64,000 nt of DNA from a virus (Duplodnaviria; Caudoviricetes), in IMG/VR virus record IMGVR_UViG_3300032265_002598, positions 128,001 to 192,000 of that record, one strand, 5' to 3'. Of this stretch, positions 9,243 to 19,668 are shown piece after piece (the stretch's first letter is position 1; each line of letters opens with the position of its first letter). The translations under genes and the position numbers were made by a program. The notes under the pieces are model-generated. The model was not told where the DNA came from. It was given only the letters and a program-made list of their open reading frames with translations, and did no database searches.

Positions 9243-10674
9243 TATTTTGTTCTTCAACAACAAATCCATCAGATGCGCCGCCTTTATTATTAATGACTTC
9301 TAATCTTGTTCTGCCTTCAGTAATCTTTGCACACCAACCCTTCATATGGCAGTTGATGTAATCATTATCGTCTAGTCCACCTCCATGTCTGCTAATTAAA
9401 GGAACTAGTTTACGATTGCCATTATCTGGACCATCTTCAGCAATCTCTTCAGGAGTTTTTCTCTTAAAAATACTAAAGTTACTACACAACCAAATGATTC
9501 TATCTGAACCACTTGCTGTATCTGTGCTTTCCTTTGTAATACCATCTCTATTTAATTGGATAAATGCAACAATAGGAACCTTATATCTAACAGCAAAGTT
9601 ATGCAGAGAGGTCATCATAAAACCAAGAACCTGATATTCTTTTAGGTCTTGGCTCATACCAGCACTATCCATTAGTTTTAAATAGTCATAGAAAATGACA
9701 CAATCTTTTGCTGTGCCATCATCATTAAGACCAACTTCTTTTAAAACCCAACGTCTCATAATAGCTAGCTGATCTTCAAATGGTTTACCAGCAATACTTT
9801 TATGAAAGAATGGTGTTTTCTTAATTTCTTCTACTGCTTGTAGTAATTTAGTTTTCTTATCTGGTGATTCTGCAAACTTACCAGTTTCAATTGCATTGAT
9901 CTCAATTTCGGTCATCATTGCTAAGATTCTGTTAATATGATCTTCTTTATTCATTTCCGTATCCATATTCAATACGGGAACCCCCAGCTTGGCTACATTA
10001 CGACCAATATTATCTGATAGTAGAGTTTTACCAGTCTTAGGACGAGCAGCTATAACATTAACCGTGCCTTTTCTTAAACCACCACCAATGGCTTGATCAT
10101 ATGCTGGAAAACCAGTAGGAATACCAATCTGATCAGTTTTGTTCTCTTCAAGATTACGAATATAGGCATCTAGATCTTTACCAATAGTGACAGGATTATT
10201 ATCGCTATCATTTAGTAAAGAAGTAAAATTGAATATCGTTTCTTCTGCAATACCAAGAATAGAACCAATAGGCTCTGTACCATTAACGTCTAGAATTTTT
10301 TCTTGAGCTAATTCAAGTTGTTTTCGTAAAAGTCTAGCAATCTCTAGCTTGCGAATCTTAGCAGCAAATTTACGAACATTATCTAAAGCTACTGGAAAAT
10401 CAATGATAGCTCTAAGATGTTGAACCTCTTCCTTTTTGCTTAAGATATGTCCATAACCCAATTCTTCTGCTACTGAAAAAATAGTAGCCACATCGATATT
10501 GGGCTTTTGTTCTCTTTCACAAACAGTTTTAAGACATTTGTAAATGATAGAATTACTATCAATAGTAAATGATGTATCCTGAATAATATCAGCAATATCT
10601 AAATAAGCATCTTCGCCATAATTACATATTCCAGATAAAACAGCACGTTCTGCTGCAACGTCACAGAGTATCAT
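9220..10674 (-). CDS. dnaB: replicative DNA helicase
   Basis: AAERAVLSG, AARPKTGKT Walker A, FYDYLKL, QLNR motifs. Confidence 0.95.
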   Translation of the reverse strand: MILCDVAAERAVLSGICNYGEDAYLDIADIIQDTSFTIDSNSIIYKCLKTVCEREQKPNIDVATIFSVAEELGYGHILSKKEEVQHLRAIIDFPVALDNVRKFAAKIRKLEIARLLRKQLELAQEKILDVNGTEPIGSILGIAEETIFNFTSLLNDSDNNPVTIGKDLDAYIRNLEENKTDQIGIPTGFPAYDQAIGGGLRKGTVNVIAARPKTGKTLLSDNIGRNVAKLGVPVLNMDTEMNKEDHINRILAMMTEIEINAIETGKFAESPDKKTKLLQAVEEIKKTPFFHKSIAGKPFEDQLAIMRRWVLKEVGLNDDGTAKDCVIFYDYLKLMDSAGMSQDLKEYQVLGFMMTSLHNFAVRYKVPIVAFIQLNRDGITKESTDTASGSDRIIWLCSNFSIFKRKTPEEIAEDGPDNGNRKLVPLISRHGGGLDDNDYINCHMKGWCAKITEGRTRLEVINNKGGASDGFVVEEQNNEEIPFE

Positions 10675-10675
10675 A

Positions 10676-11068
10676 TTAGCCTGCTGCTCCGGAACATTTG
10701 TTACACTTATATCTGTCTATTGAGTCTGTAATTAGCACTGGATTAACAGTCTCTTTCTTTCCACAAACTCTACAAATAGCAGTGACCAAATTGAATGGTC
10801 TAGCTCTTGGTACTGGAGGCTGAACTATTAATTTCTTATCTATTTCAATGTCTTCCATATGCATTCTTTTTTCCATCATAGCATCAAACTTATTATTTGA
10901 AGACTTTGATGTTGAAGGTTTGCTCTTGTTATTGGTACGAGGAGCTTTTTTCTTAGTCTTCAAGTCATTCTGCTCTGATGAAGCATTGTCCTGCTTTGGC
11001 AGCATAGACTGAAGCATTAAAATCATCTGCTGTATTTGCTGAGGATCTAAGTTCATATTATTGTCCAT
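10676..11068 (-). CDS. hypothetical protein with C-terminal Zn ribbon
   Basis: CRVC...CNKC; tight packing in operon. Confidence 0.75.
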   Translation of the reverse strand: MDNNMNLDPQQIQQMILMLQSMLPKQDNASSEQNDLKTKKKAPRTNNKSKPSTSKSSNNKFDAMMEKRMHMEDIEIDKKLIVQPPVPRARPFNLVTAICRVCGKKETVNPVLITDSIDRYKCNKCSGAAG

Positions 11069-11552
11069 GTTTAGTCACTTTCATTCTTTGAATAGCAATT
11101 AAAATATCTGATAAGTTCTTAATAGAGTTAGCTATATATGATAAACGATCAGTTCTTTGTTTAGCATAAATCTTAATTTTATTTAAGGATTGAGCTTTAT
11201 CATTATGTTTAATTGCCTGATTAGATTTTTCAACGTATCCATAACCTTTATAATTATTGATATCATCTGCTATTACTATCTTAGTAGTATCTTCTGCCCA
11301 ATTATATCTAGCTATTTCTCTATTAATAGTTCGTTGAACATGAAAAGAGAACTGTGCTAATCTATAAGATATCTGACCACAATCTTCTGGAGTTAACTTT
11401 TCTAATTCATCTCTATTCATAGATAGATAGCTATTTAGTTCTGCTTCTGGCAAACCTCCAGCAGAATATCTAGGAAGACCTAGATTATTTTCATATTCAT
11501 CTAGAAGATTATCCCAATCTTGTAATTCTTCTTTAGCAGTTTTATTGCTCAT
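11058..11552 (-). CDS. hypothetical helical protein (possible recombination/helicase accessory factor)
   Basis: Coupled ORF between RecA and DnaB; function from context only. Confidence 0.7.
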   Translation of the reverse strand: MSNKTAKEELQDWDNLLDEYENNLGLPRYSAGGLPEAELNSYLSMNRDELEKLTPEDCGQISYRLAQFSFHVQRTINREIARYNWAEDTTKIVIADDINNYKGYGYVEKSNQAIKHNDKAQSLNKIKIYAKQRTDRLSYIANSIKNLSDILIAIQRMKVTKHGQ

Positions 11553-11952
11553 TTTTAATCCTATTAGACCAAAGTTCTACATCTTCATGAAATGGCAACT
11601 CAATATAAGTTATACCATTTATATCACACCATTCCTGTTTTTCCTGATCTCTCTTCTTGTGTTTAACAAATCCTAGCAAAGTGTTATGATAGAATGGCAC
11701 AAATTTATAATGTTGCTCTCCATGCACCTCTATTGTTTTCTTTAGTAGAGGGATATAAAAATCTAAGTATAAAGTTTCTGATCTTCTTAGAGGAATTGCC
11801 ACTTCTTCCAGAATTTGCATCGTGGGGAAGCATTTATGTAGTAAGTCCCTAGCAACCAAGTGCAAGGACGATTTGTTTTTAGCTTTCCCATGCGCAATGC
11901 CTCCAATAAGTTGCCAATTGCACATGTTACCATCAAGATCTTTTACTTGCAT
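11542..11952 (-). CDS. PD-(D/E)XK / DUF559-like endonuclease
   Basis: LYLDFYIP...TIEVHGEQH...RD..KQEWC..NGITYIEL. Confidence 0.8.
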   Translation of the reverse strand: MQVKDLDGNMCNWQLIGGIAHGKAKNKSSLHLVARDLLHKCFPTMQILEEVAIPLRRSETLYLDFYIPLLKKTIEVHGEQHYKFVPFYHNTLLGFVKHKKRDQEKQEWCDINGITYIELPFHEDVELWSNRIKNEQ

Positions 11953-12968
11953 TTAATGCCCATTGTTTCCTTGACTTGTGCTAGTAAACTATCGTAGACA
12001 GCAGGATTATCTACTATATACTGTCTTAGTTTTTCTGTTCCTTGAAATTTAGGCTTGTCTGTAACTGATGTTAGAGTATACCAAGCGCCACCCTTTTGTA
12101 TAATACCAATATCAACTGCAAGCATGAGCAATTCCATTTGCTTATCTATGCCCTGACCATATCGAATATAGCTAGTAATAGTTCCGCCGGGAGCGCCTAA
12201 TGCAGAGCACATTACTTGCCATTGAATTTCTTGACCAATTTGTTGACCATCTTCTGCTGATCCAATTTTCCAAGCGGTGTGGAACTTAGCTCTTAGTTTA
12301 ATATCTGTTTGATAAGCAATAGCCTGACCACTCTTTTCTTTCCATTCAACATGACCAGTACCTGGATTACCCATTAAGTGAGTAATACCAATAACAATAT
12401 TTCTATTCACAGGAATAACATTCGCCACCTTCCTGCAAAACTTAGCCAATAGTTTAGCCCCATCCGCTCTTTGCATTTTGTTCATATCGCTAGTGATTTC
12501 TGTTTCAGTACATAGTGCAGAGTAGGAGTCTATGATAAGAACACATCCAGGAATTTCATTAATAATTCTCTCTCCAATCTGGAGATATTCTTCTGCGTGT
12601 AAAATCTTACCTTGCTGAGAACCTATAATATGAAATCTATCTAGATCTAATCCTGGAATTCCTTCTAGATCCCTTTTCTTTAATCGACCTTCAATGTTAA
12701 GGTAGTACACTTCTCTACCCTCTTTGAATCCCTGATAAGCATATTCGGGTCTTTGTGCTGTGGCAGCAAAGTCTAAAGAGGTCGTGGTCTTTCCACATTT
12801 CGGTTGTCCGGTTAAAATCATAAAACTTCCTTCTGGGACACCACCATTTAAAATAATGTCCAGAGAAGGGCTCACAGGAATTGTAATGAGTTTTTTGTCA
12901 ACAACAGCACTTGCTGTGAGCATGATTTCATTACCGAAATTTTTAATTACGTCTTCTTTGAGACTCAT
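11943..12968 (-). CDS. recA: RecA/UvsX recombinase
   Basis: SLDIILNGG, GQPKCGKTT, LIIDS, KGGAWY motifs. Confidence 0.92.
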   Translation of the reverse strand: MSLKEDVIKNFGNEIMLTASAVVDKKLITIPVSPSLDIILNGGVPEGSFMILTGQPKCGKTTTSLDFAATAQRPEYAYQGFKEGREVYYLNIEGRLKKRDLEGIPGLDLDRFHIIGSQQGKILHAEEYLQIGERIINEIPGCVLIIDSYSALCTETEITSDMNKMQRADGAKLLAKFCRKVANVIPVNRNIVIGITHLMGNPGTGHVEWKEKSGQAIAYQTDIKLRAKFHTAWKIGSAEDGQQIGQEIQWQVMCSALGAPGGTITSYIRYGQGIDKQMELLMLAVDIGIIQKGGAWYTLTSVTDKPKFQGTEKLRQYIVDNPAVYDSLLAQVKETMGIKCK

Positions 12969-13384
12969 TGATCTAAATCCTTAAGTTTGGAAATAATATT
13001 TTTAGAAACTGGTGATTTTATACCAAAAGTGATATTATCTTTTCTTTCAATAGTTAAACTAAGAGTTGTGTTTTCTTGTTTAATATTAATTTCTTGTTGT
13101 TCTATAATAGCAGGAAGATGGGGTGCTCGCAAAGAATAGATTTTCTTGCCTTGATCAGTATTGAGAGCCCTTATGATTGCTTTAGCTGAATATGTCTTAA
13201 GTAATTTATGAGCAGAACCTATTTGATTTCTAAAAAAAGTTGCCCACTTATTATGTACCCAGAAACGATAATGTAAATCTAGTTTGTCTTTTTGGGCTTT
13301 TCGTTCACAGATAATCTCTGTAATAAACTGAGCCTGGGACACTTCTTTCCCATTTGAGTACTTAGATATGTATTTGTCGCACAT
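12965..13384 (-). CDS. hypothetical protein
   Basis: 139-aa coupled ORF. Confidence 0.75.
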   Translation of the reverse strand: MCDKYISKYSNGKEVSQAQFITEIICERKAQKDKLDLHYRFWVHNKWATFFRNQIGSAHKLLKTYSAKAIIRALNTDQGKKIYSLRAPHLPAIIEQQEINIKQENTTLSLTIERKDNITFGIKSPVSKNIISKLKDLDQ

Positions 13385-13800
13385 TACTTTTTAAACTGGT
13401 TTAATTCTTGACAAACACTTTCCAAGGAATTATGAAACTTTTCAAAAAACTTATCCATATGTATTTTCCAATCGTCTTTAGATTTGACTGGAACATGATA
13501 ATATTTTTCTACGATCTCTTTAATTTCACCAAGATATCCCTTATCGTCTATCTCAGATACTTCTGCTTTGATAAAAAATGTAATCTCATGAGGAGCTGTT
13601 GTTACATGCTTAGGATGTATAACATCAGGATGCTTTTCTGAGAAGTCCGGAACTATATTAGGATTATTTGTATCAATATCTGCAAAACGATTATCTTTAA
13701 TTTCTTCGATAGCAGCATTGAGCTTATTTTCTATTTTAGACAGAAGCTGTTTTTCTTCTTCTGTCAATTGTTCGTATACGTTTGCAAATGATTCTATCAT
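13384..13800 (-). CDS. hypothetical protein
   Basis: 138-aa coupled ORF. Confidence 0.7.
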   Translation of the reverse strand: MIESFANVYEQLTEEEKQLLSKIENKLNAAIEEIKDNRFADIDTNNPNIVPDFSEKHPDVIHPKHVTTAPHEITFFIKAEVSEIDDKGYLGEIKEIVEKYYHVPVKSKDDWKIHMDKFFEKFHNSLESVCQELNQFKK

Positions 13801-13805
13801 ATAAT

Positions 13806-14147
13806 TTAATTATTAAAGGGTCTAAAAATACCTTTTTGATTTTTACGAACTTCTGGAGTGTTGGCTTTTTTCAAATCATCATTCATAGAAGAAGCTTCTT
13901 TGGTCATGATTGATACTTTACGAGTTTTACCGGCACTCTCATTAATCATCAAATTCTTAGATGGAGACTTGCCCATAGGAGAAGAAACAGTTTTTATTGA
14001 GGCTTGAGGAGTGGTAGATGGATTATCTACTACATTCTTAACCTGATTATCAGTAAGAGATAATTCATTAGCAATCCTAGGTAAATCCCATCCTTGACTA
14101 TTTAGCCATAGAGCAGCATATTTTTGAACCTTATTAATTCTAGCCAT
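13806..14147 (-). CDS. HTH-containing hypothetical protein
   Basis: GWDLPRIANELSLTDNQVKNVV helix-turn-helix-like segment. Confidence 0.65.
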   Translation of the reverse strand: MARINKVQKYAALWLNSQGWDLPRIANELSLTDNQVKNVVDNPSTTPQASIKTVSSPMGKSPSKNLMINESAGKTRKVSIMTKEASSMNDDLKKANTPEVRKNQKGIFRPFNN

Positions 14148-14548
14148 TATTCTTTCTCTCTTTCAGCATTGTTAAGCCATGCGATATTTTTGGTTTTTAA
14201 AAATTTGACATACCAATTAAACACTTTTTGATTTACTTCAGCAAACTTATTATTTGATCTACAAACTCTATTTAAAAAAGTATTATTAACTTCTTGACCT
14301 AAAATAGATACTGGATTATATAGTTTACCATTATTGCTTAGTCTAATGGTATATTTTGTTGTTCCATTTTTTCTTTTTGTTCTTTTAGCAAAGACCGAAT
14401 CTGTTTCAACTTTTGTTCTTGGAAAATCTTCTGTATCCAAAAAATCTTCCATACCAGATAATGTAAAAAATTCTGCAATAATCTCTTCATCAATATTTTC
14501 TGATGAATATTTGCTCTCAGGATTAAAAATAAAATTATCCATGTTCAT
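14147..14548 (-). CDS. hypothetical protein
   Basis: 133-aa coupled ORF. Confidence 0.75.
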   Translation of the reverse strand: MNMDNFIFNPESKYSSENIDEEIIAEFFTLSGMEDFLDTEDFPRTKVETDSVFAKRTKRKNGTTKYTIRLSNNGKLYNPVSILGQEVNNTFLNRVCRSNNKFAEVNQKVFNWYVKFLKTKNIAWLNNAEREKE

Positions 14549-14555
14549 AATCTCT

Positions 14556-14906
14556 CTATGAGGTCCATTTAGTTTTAATTTTAGGTTTCTGTATTCTAGA
14601 CATACCCTTTGGTAATTCTTTCTGGGATGGTTCTTCTTTATAATCGTTATGTTTTTGTTCTAAACTTATTTTATGGTCTTGACTAAGCCTATCTCTATTA
14701 CGATTAGCTAAATCACCAAGTGTCTTAAGTTCGCTATCTGATTTTTTGATGGAAGTATTAAGTGTCTTGATATCTTCGGTATACAATCTATGTGTTTTTT
14801 TGCTTTTACAATACTCGCATTTTGGTTGAGCAATATAATCCTTGATAGAAAATACTAATTCAAATTTAGTATCACACTTTTCACAACAATATGTATAGCA
14901 TGGCAT
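14556..14906 (-). CDS. FmdB-family zinc-ribbon protein
   Basis: MPCYTYCCEKC...FE...CEYC; start 14906 in TAATG overlap with the HNH gene. Confidence 0.85.
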   Translation of the reverse strand: MPCYTYCCEKCDTKFELVFSIKDYIAQPKCEYCKSKKTHRLYTEDIKTLNTSIKKSDSELKTLGDLANRNRDRLSQDHKISLEQKHNDYKEEPSQKELPKGMSRIQKPKIKTKWTS

Positions 14907-15487
14907 TATAAATAAGACTCTGGAAGGTAAATCGTCCATTCCTCTGGGATGTCTGATCTTATCTTAAGGAGAAGTCCTCTTACTGGCAAGTACTTTGCAC
15001 TTTTATTTGGTACTACTGGAAGATTTCTAAGAGGCATATTAGCCTCTTTTGGTGTTCTATTTCCTTTTTTTCGATTACACTCCACACAAGCTGTAACAAT
15101 ATTTGTCCAACAAGTAGGAGAACCTATATTTTTTTTCCAAACAGATTTGGGAATAACATGATCATATGTTAGTTGATTGATTTCTTTTTCGCAACCACAA
15201 TATTGACAGCTATAATTATCTCTAATAAATAAATTTTTTCTAGAGAAATTAACATTTTGATGATTTAGACGAAAATATTTTGCTGTTTTAACAACTGCTG
15301 GTATGGGTATTTTTTTATTATTAGCCCCACAGATATAATCATCTTTATAAAAATCAATAATTTCTACACCAACATGAGAATTCTCTTCATGTCTAAAAGA
15401 CCACACTAATGCTCTTTTCCAAGAGATAATACCAAGTGGAGTGTAATCAGCATTTAAAATCAAGCATTTACTATTTTGAGGTTTCAT
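14906..15487 (-). CDS. HNH endonuclease (McrA-like)
   Basis: CLILNADYTPL, RDNYSCQYCG, TYDHVIPKS, NIVTACVECNRKKG. Confidence 0.92.
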   Translation of the reverse strand: MKPQNSKCLILNADYTPLGIISWKRALVWSFRHEENSHVGVEIIDFYKDDYICGANNKKIPIPAVVKTAKYFRLNHQNVNFSRKNLFIRDNYSCQYCGCEKEINQLTYDHVIPKSVWKKNIGSPTCWTNIVTACVECNRKKGNRTPKEANMPLRNLPVVPNKSAKYLPVRGLLLKIRSDIPEEWTIYLPESYL

Positions 15488-16199
15488 CTTTTTCGTAGTT
15501 GTCTAGTCGTCCGATAATTTTTCCTATAATTGGATTTCTAACAATATCTGATGCTTCTAATCTAGCTACAGCAATACCTTCAATATCTGATAAAGCATGA
15601 GTCATGGACCAAAATCCACCCTGCATATGTCTATGCAAATCTGATTGACTAACATCTCCAGTTAATACCATCTTGCTGTTAGTACCAATTCTTGTTAATA
15701 ACATCTTTAGTTGATCATACGAAGCATTCTGACACTCATCTGCTACAATAAAAGCATTATGAAAATTACGACCTCTCATCAATCCAAGGGGTACGATCTC
15801 TATTTTATTATTAGTTTTGAGACTAGCATATTTGGCACTAGGTATGAAGTGATTTACTTCATCTAATAATGGTAATAAATAAGGATGCAATTTTTCTTCT
15901 GCTGTTCCAGGCAAATATCCAATTTTTTCTCCTGATTCAACCACTGGTCTAGTAATGATAATTTTTTTTACTTTTTCGTCCAGTAAATATTCTAAAGCCA
16001 TACCAATAGCAATATGGGTTTTACCACTACCAGCAACACCTTGGCAGAATGTAATGACGTTTTCTGCTATATCTCTGATGTATTGTTTTTGATTTTCAGA
16101 TCTGGGTTTTAGCCTATTTCGGTAAATTTCTGGGATGGGAAGTTCTTTAGTAGCATCTATGACCTTGGACCTTTTCTTGGTGGTTTTATTTTTTCTCAA
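15471..16199 (-). CDS. phoH: PhoH-family ATPase
   Basis: GVAGSGKT, ITRP, GYLPG, MRGR, DECQN, LTRIG, GDVSQSD. Confidence 0.95.
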   Translation of the reverse strand: MRKNKTTKKRSKVIDATKELPIPEIYRNRLKPRSENQKQYIRDIAENVITFCQGVAGSGKTHIAIGMALEYLLDEKVKKIIITRPVVESGEKIGYLPGTAEEKLHPYLLPLLDEVNHFIPSAKYASLKTNNKIEIVPLGLMRGRNFHNAFIVADECQNASYDQLKMLLTRIGTNSKMVLTGDVSQSDLHRHMQGGFWSMTHALSDIEGIAVARLEASDIVRNPIIGKIIGRLDNYEKDETSK

Positions 16200-16245
16200 G
16201 GCTTACCCTTTAGCTAATATATGGAATAGAGATCCCAAGTTATTC

Positions 16246-16257
16246 TTATAATACACC
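16246..16257 (-). promoter_or_regulatory. recurring putative phage promoter motif (GGTGTATTATAA)
   Basis: One of about 8 RGTGTAT+AT-rich copies shortly upstream of starts (core also at 18568, 30278, 32943, 35823, 42110, 49808, 63807). Confidence 0.55.
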
Positions 16258-16319
16258 ATATAAGAAGTATTATTATAGTAAACAATTAGTGCTTGCTAAT
16301 TAATTGACCGTTAACTCTA

Positions 16320-18512
16320 TTAGAGTAAACAAGCTCCACCAGCACAGCTGATCTCCTCAATACCCGCAGTATTGTCTTCTGTTTCTAGTAATTGAGTATA
16401 GTCCACCTTCTCAAAACTATCATAAAGATCACAGTATAACTTCCAGTTGTAGACATCCTTCATGCAATAAGTCAGTCTCCTGTTATCTCCATTAAAATAC
16501 TTAGTAGCAAAGTTTTTCATCTTATTAATAAACCTAACTTTATTTTCATCATCTCCATCTTTGGCTTGATTTAAACTAACATAATCACAAGCTGCCCATA
16601 GATTATTGTTAAAAGCATTTAGACCAAGCTCAATCAAACCAGAACACCACAATGCAGCATCTCCATATTCTTTAACAATCTCTCTACTAGTATAAACAGT
16701 AGTAAAAGGAGCTTGTGGATAATCTTTGTCTCCACTTTGAGGAATTAAAGATATACCTGCAAAATACTTTCTATTATCATAGATATATTTTGTTACAGAA
16801 TCCCATTCATCGGGTTTCACTGTTACAGTATTACTAACATTATGACTCAAATATTCTTGTGTACATAATGATCTATTTTTGCCAGAATGAACCCAATTCT
16901 TTTGTGTATCTTTTACAACAGAAAGCATTTCTACTGCTGGTAATTGATTTCTTAATTTAGCTCCATCTGGTACTTCTATTGGAAACTTAACTACTTCATC
17001 AGTATTATTTGCAGACCATGATGATTTCTCACAGGCTTGTGGATTAACTTTCTTGAAGTGTTGATATGGTGCTTCTAAAATATTGGCTTGTACGTGGCGT
17101 ATATAGCGTTTGGCATGGTGTGGGTGGATACCAGAGCTAGTACCAAGCATACTTGATGATGTTCCTTCTGGTTTTAGGCATGTAACTCTAGCCGCTTGAT
17201 TAATATTGATCCTTTGGGAAATCTGCTTATTGGTATCAACAGCAATCTTAGCGCCCTTAGTTAATGTCTTTTCTGTAAGAACAAGATCATGCTTTTCCAT
17301 AGTGCCAGTTAAAGACACTCCCAAAAGAGCTTCTCTTGCAAAAATCTTTTCGCTAGTTTGTCCAAGATAGTCTAGTTTTGTAAAACCAGCTTGTAATGTA
17401 CCAATAATAGCTGCTGCTTTGCATCTCTCATAAAAATCTTCTTCGTCATCAACACTAGAACAATTGATTGTTGAAAGATTGCAGCCTTGCCATCCAGACT
17501 TACCAGATTCTTCTTCAATAGGCCACATACCAATTTCTACACAAGGATTAAAAATCATTTCTGTAGATTCACTCCAGATAAATCCGGGTTCTCCAAATTC
17601 TTTAACCGATTGCATCAATAAAGAAAATTCTTCAAAAGTAGTTTCGCTTTTTAAGAGTAAGGCAGAATTATTGCTTCGTGCTCTTTGTGGATTCTCCATA
17701 TACCAGTTTCCAGTTTTAGCTTTAGCCATTTCTTCATCATTATGACTAAATAAAGCTAGAGATGCACTTCGTCGAACACCACCAGATAATACAGCATCAC
17801 TGCTATGCATAACAATATCATATGCATCAATAGGTCTAAGTTTCTTTTGTCCATTTGCCAAACATCGGTCTAGTAAAGTACGAATTTTTTCAAGACCATT
17901 AGCAAGAGGCTCATATCCTGGGGCTTTGCCTACTCCAGAAGCTAGTGCTGCTCCCTTTGGTCTGATATTAGAATAATCAAATGAAATATGACTATTTTTG
18001 TATTGTTTAAATTCTTCTACAGGCTTGCTGAAATAAGAACTTAACAGAACACCCAAAGCATTGGACCAGCCTTCAATACTATCATCAATAACATACTTAG
18101 TTGATTGTCCTTTTTCCACTTCATGCTCTAATGATGGAAGTTTAGCAACATGGTGCTTTTGAACACTAAAGCCAGTTCCTGATCCACACAATAGTAACCA
18201 AAAACACTCTTGGAAAAATCGTAATCTATCACAATAAGAAGCTGTGCAATTATATATCTTAGCATGTCGTTTGAGAATAGGATCTCCACCAAACTGTAAT
18301 GCTCTCTGACTACCTAATACTTTCTTCTTATACATCATATCGTAAGCCCAATCGATCTCTTCTGAGATTCCAAATGTATCATAACGAGAGTGCATCATTT
18401 CTCTAACTCTGTCTACAGCTTCTTTCCAAGTTTCCCTTCTATTTTGATCACTTAACCATCTGGCATACTTACTAACGAAGGTATAATTTTGAAGTTCTTG
18501 TAGAGCTGACAT
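16320..18512 (-). CDS. nrdJ: class II (adenosylcobalamin-dependent) ribonucleotide reductase
   Basis: IYNC, GSGTGFSVQ, GGVRRSA, NPCVEI, CNL, TCLKPEGT, C-terminal CAGGAC; no beta-subunit gene nearby. Confidence 0.92.
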   Translation of the reverse strand: MSALQELQNYTFVSKYARWLSDQNRRETWKEAVDRVREMMHSRYDTFGISEEIDWAYDMMYKKKVLGSQRALQFGGDPILKRHAKIYNCTASYCDRLRFFQECFWLLLCGSGTGFSVQKHHVAKLPSLEHEVEKGQSTKYVIDDSIEGWSNALGVLLSSYFSKPVEEFKQYKNSHISFDYSNIRPKGAALASGVGKAPGYEPLANGLEKIRTLLDRCLANGQKKLRPIDAYDIVMHSSDAVLSGGVRRSASLALFSHNDEEMAKAKTGNWYMENPQRARSNNSALLLKSETTFEEFSLLMQSVKEFGEPGFIWSESTEMIFNPCVEIGMWPIEEESGKSGWQGCNLSTINCSSVDDEEDFYERCKAAAIIGTLQAGFTKLDYLGQTSEKIFAREALLGVSLTGTMEKHDLVLTEKTLTKGAKIAVDTNKQISQRININQAARVTCLKPEGTSSSMLGTSSGIHPHHAKRYIRHVQANILEAPYQHFKKVNPQACEKSSWSANNTDEVVKFPIEVPDGAKLRNQLPAVEMLSVVKDTQKNWVHSGKNRSLCTQEYLSHNVSNTVTVKPDEWDSVTKYIYDNRKYFAGISLIPQSGDKDYPQAPFTTVYTSREIVKEYGDAALWCSGLIELGLNAFNNNLWAACDYVSLNQAKDGDDENKVRFINKMKNFATKYFNGDNRRLTYCMKDVYNWKLYCDLYDSFEKVDYTQLLETEDNTAGIEEISCAGGACLL

Positions 18513-18663
18513 GATGTATAAATAATACTCCTATAAATTATTCTGACACAGCTTTGGTTCTTGGTAATACACTATCGAACGAAAAAGAATTCGATCTCTG
18601 TGAGCGATGAATTTATCATATCTCCACACGAAAAAAACACCAGCGCATTGTTTTTTATTTGTC

Positions 18664-19668
18664 TCACCAGTCAGAATGTTTGAATTTCAACATAACTTGC
18701 TTTATAGCCATCCACATATCTAAATATTGGTAAGTGGCTAATCTTCCTAGAAAAATAGTATTCTGTTCATTTTTAGATAATTGAATATATTTCTTTGCTA
18801 TCTCAACACCGTCACCAAATGGTATTGGGTAGTAAGGAATATTATTTTGGTTATATTTAACTGGATATTCTTCAGTAATAACTGTTGTGGACTGAGAATG
18901 ATTATGTTGCAAGTAGCTGTGGTCGTATTTTCTAGTATATTCTACAATATTATTATTTTGATTCTCTATAAAATATGGCATTTTTTTGTCTGTAACTGTG
19001 TGCTTAAATTCTAATGATCTATATGGAAGCTCGCCGTAGATATAATCATAGTATTCATCTATCTTACCAGTATATACAGTAAGATCAGTATTAAAATTTT
19101 TCCAGTCTTCATTGGAGCATGATAGTCTGATATCAAACCCTTTAAGCATATTTCCCATCATTTTAGTATATCCGTGTTTAGGCAAACACTGATACTTTTG
19201 TCCCTCAAACCAAGTAGGATCTTCACAATCTTTTGTTTTGGGTATTCTGTTTGTTATAGTTCGTGGTATAGAATCAAAAGGAACGCCCCATTGTTTTTCT
19301 GAGTAATCTTTAAAAATAAACTCTAATATTTCTTCTTGTGACAGCTCTCTACCAATTTCTTTCTTTGTTTTTTTACTATATGGTAAAGAAATAAGACCTA
19401 ATTTGGAATTGCCTTTTGGTTGCAACTTAAATGGAATCCAATCTGTATATCTGCTAAGAAACTCAAATACTTCATCATCATCTGTATGAAATATATGTGG
19501 ACCATAATTATGAATCATTGTTCCACATAAATTACTATCAAAACAGTTGCCACCAATATGATTTCTTTTATCAAAAATAGTGACACTATATCCTCTTTCT
19601 TTTAATAAAATAGCAGAGGTTATACCAGATAATCCGCAACCTATCACTTTAGCTTTTTGTGTTGTCAT
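18664..19668 (-). CDS. glf: UDP-galactopyranose mutase
   Basis: IGCGLSG, HIGGNC, YGPHIFHT, YSEKQWG, LPYRSL, PYYP, GRLATYQYLDM. Confidence 0.95.
   Translation of the reverse strand: MTTQKAKVIGCGLSGITSAILLKERGYSVTIFDKRNHIGGNCFDSNLCGTMIHNYGPHIFHTDDDEVFEFLSRYTDWIPFKLQPKGNSKLGLISLPYSKKTKKEIGRELSQEEILEFIFKDYSEKQWGVPFDSIPRTITNRIPKTKDCEDPTWFEGQKYQCLPKHGYTKMMGNMLKGFDIRLSCSNEDWKNFNTDLTVYTGKIDEYYDYIYGELPYRSLEFKHTVTDKKMPYFIENQNNNIVEYTRKYDHSYLQHNHSQSTTVITEEYPVKYNQNNIPYYPIPFGDGVEIAKKYIQLSKNEQNTIFLGRLATYQYLDMWMAIKQVMLKFKHSDW

Noticed and set aside
18513-18663. Cobalamin riboswitch or tRNA upstream of nrdJ
   Set aside because: Only small hairpins (ATCGAA...TTCGAT; ATGA-TAAAT-TCAT); no B12-box or cloverleaf recognisable
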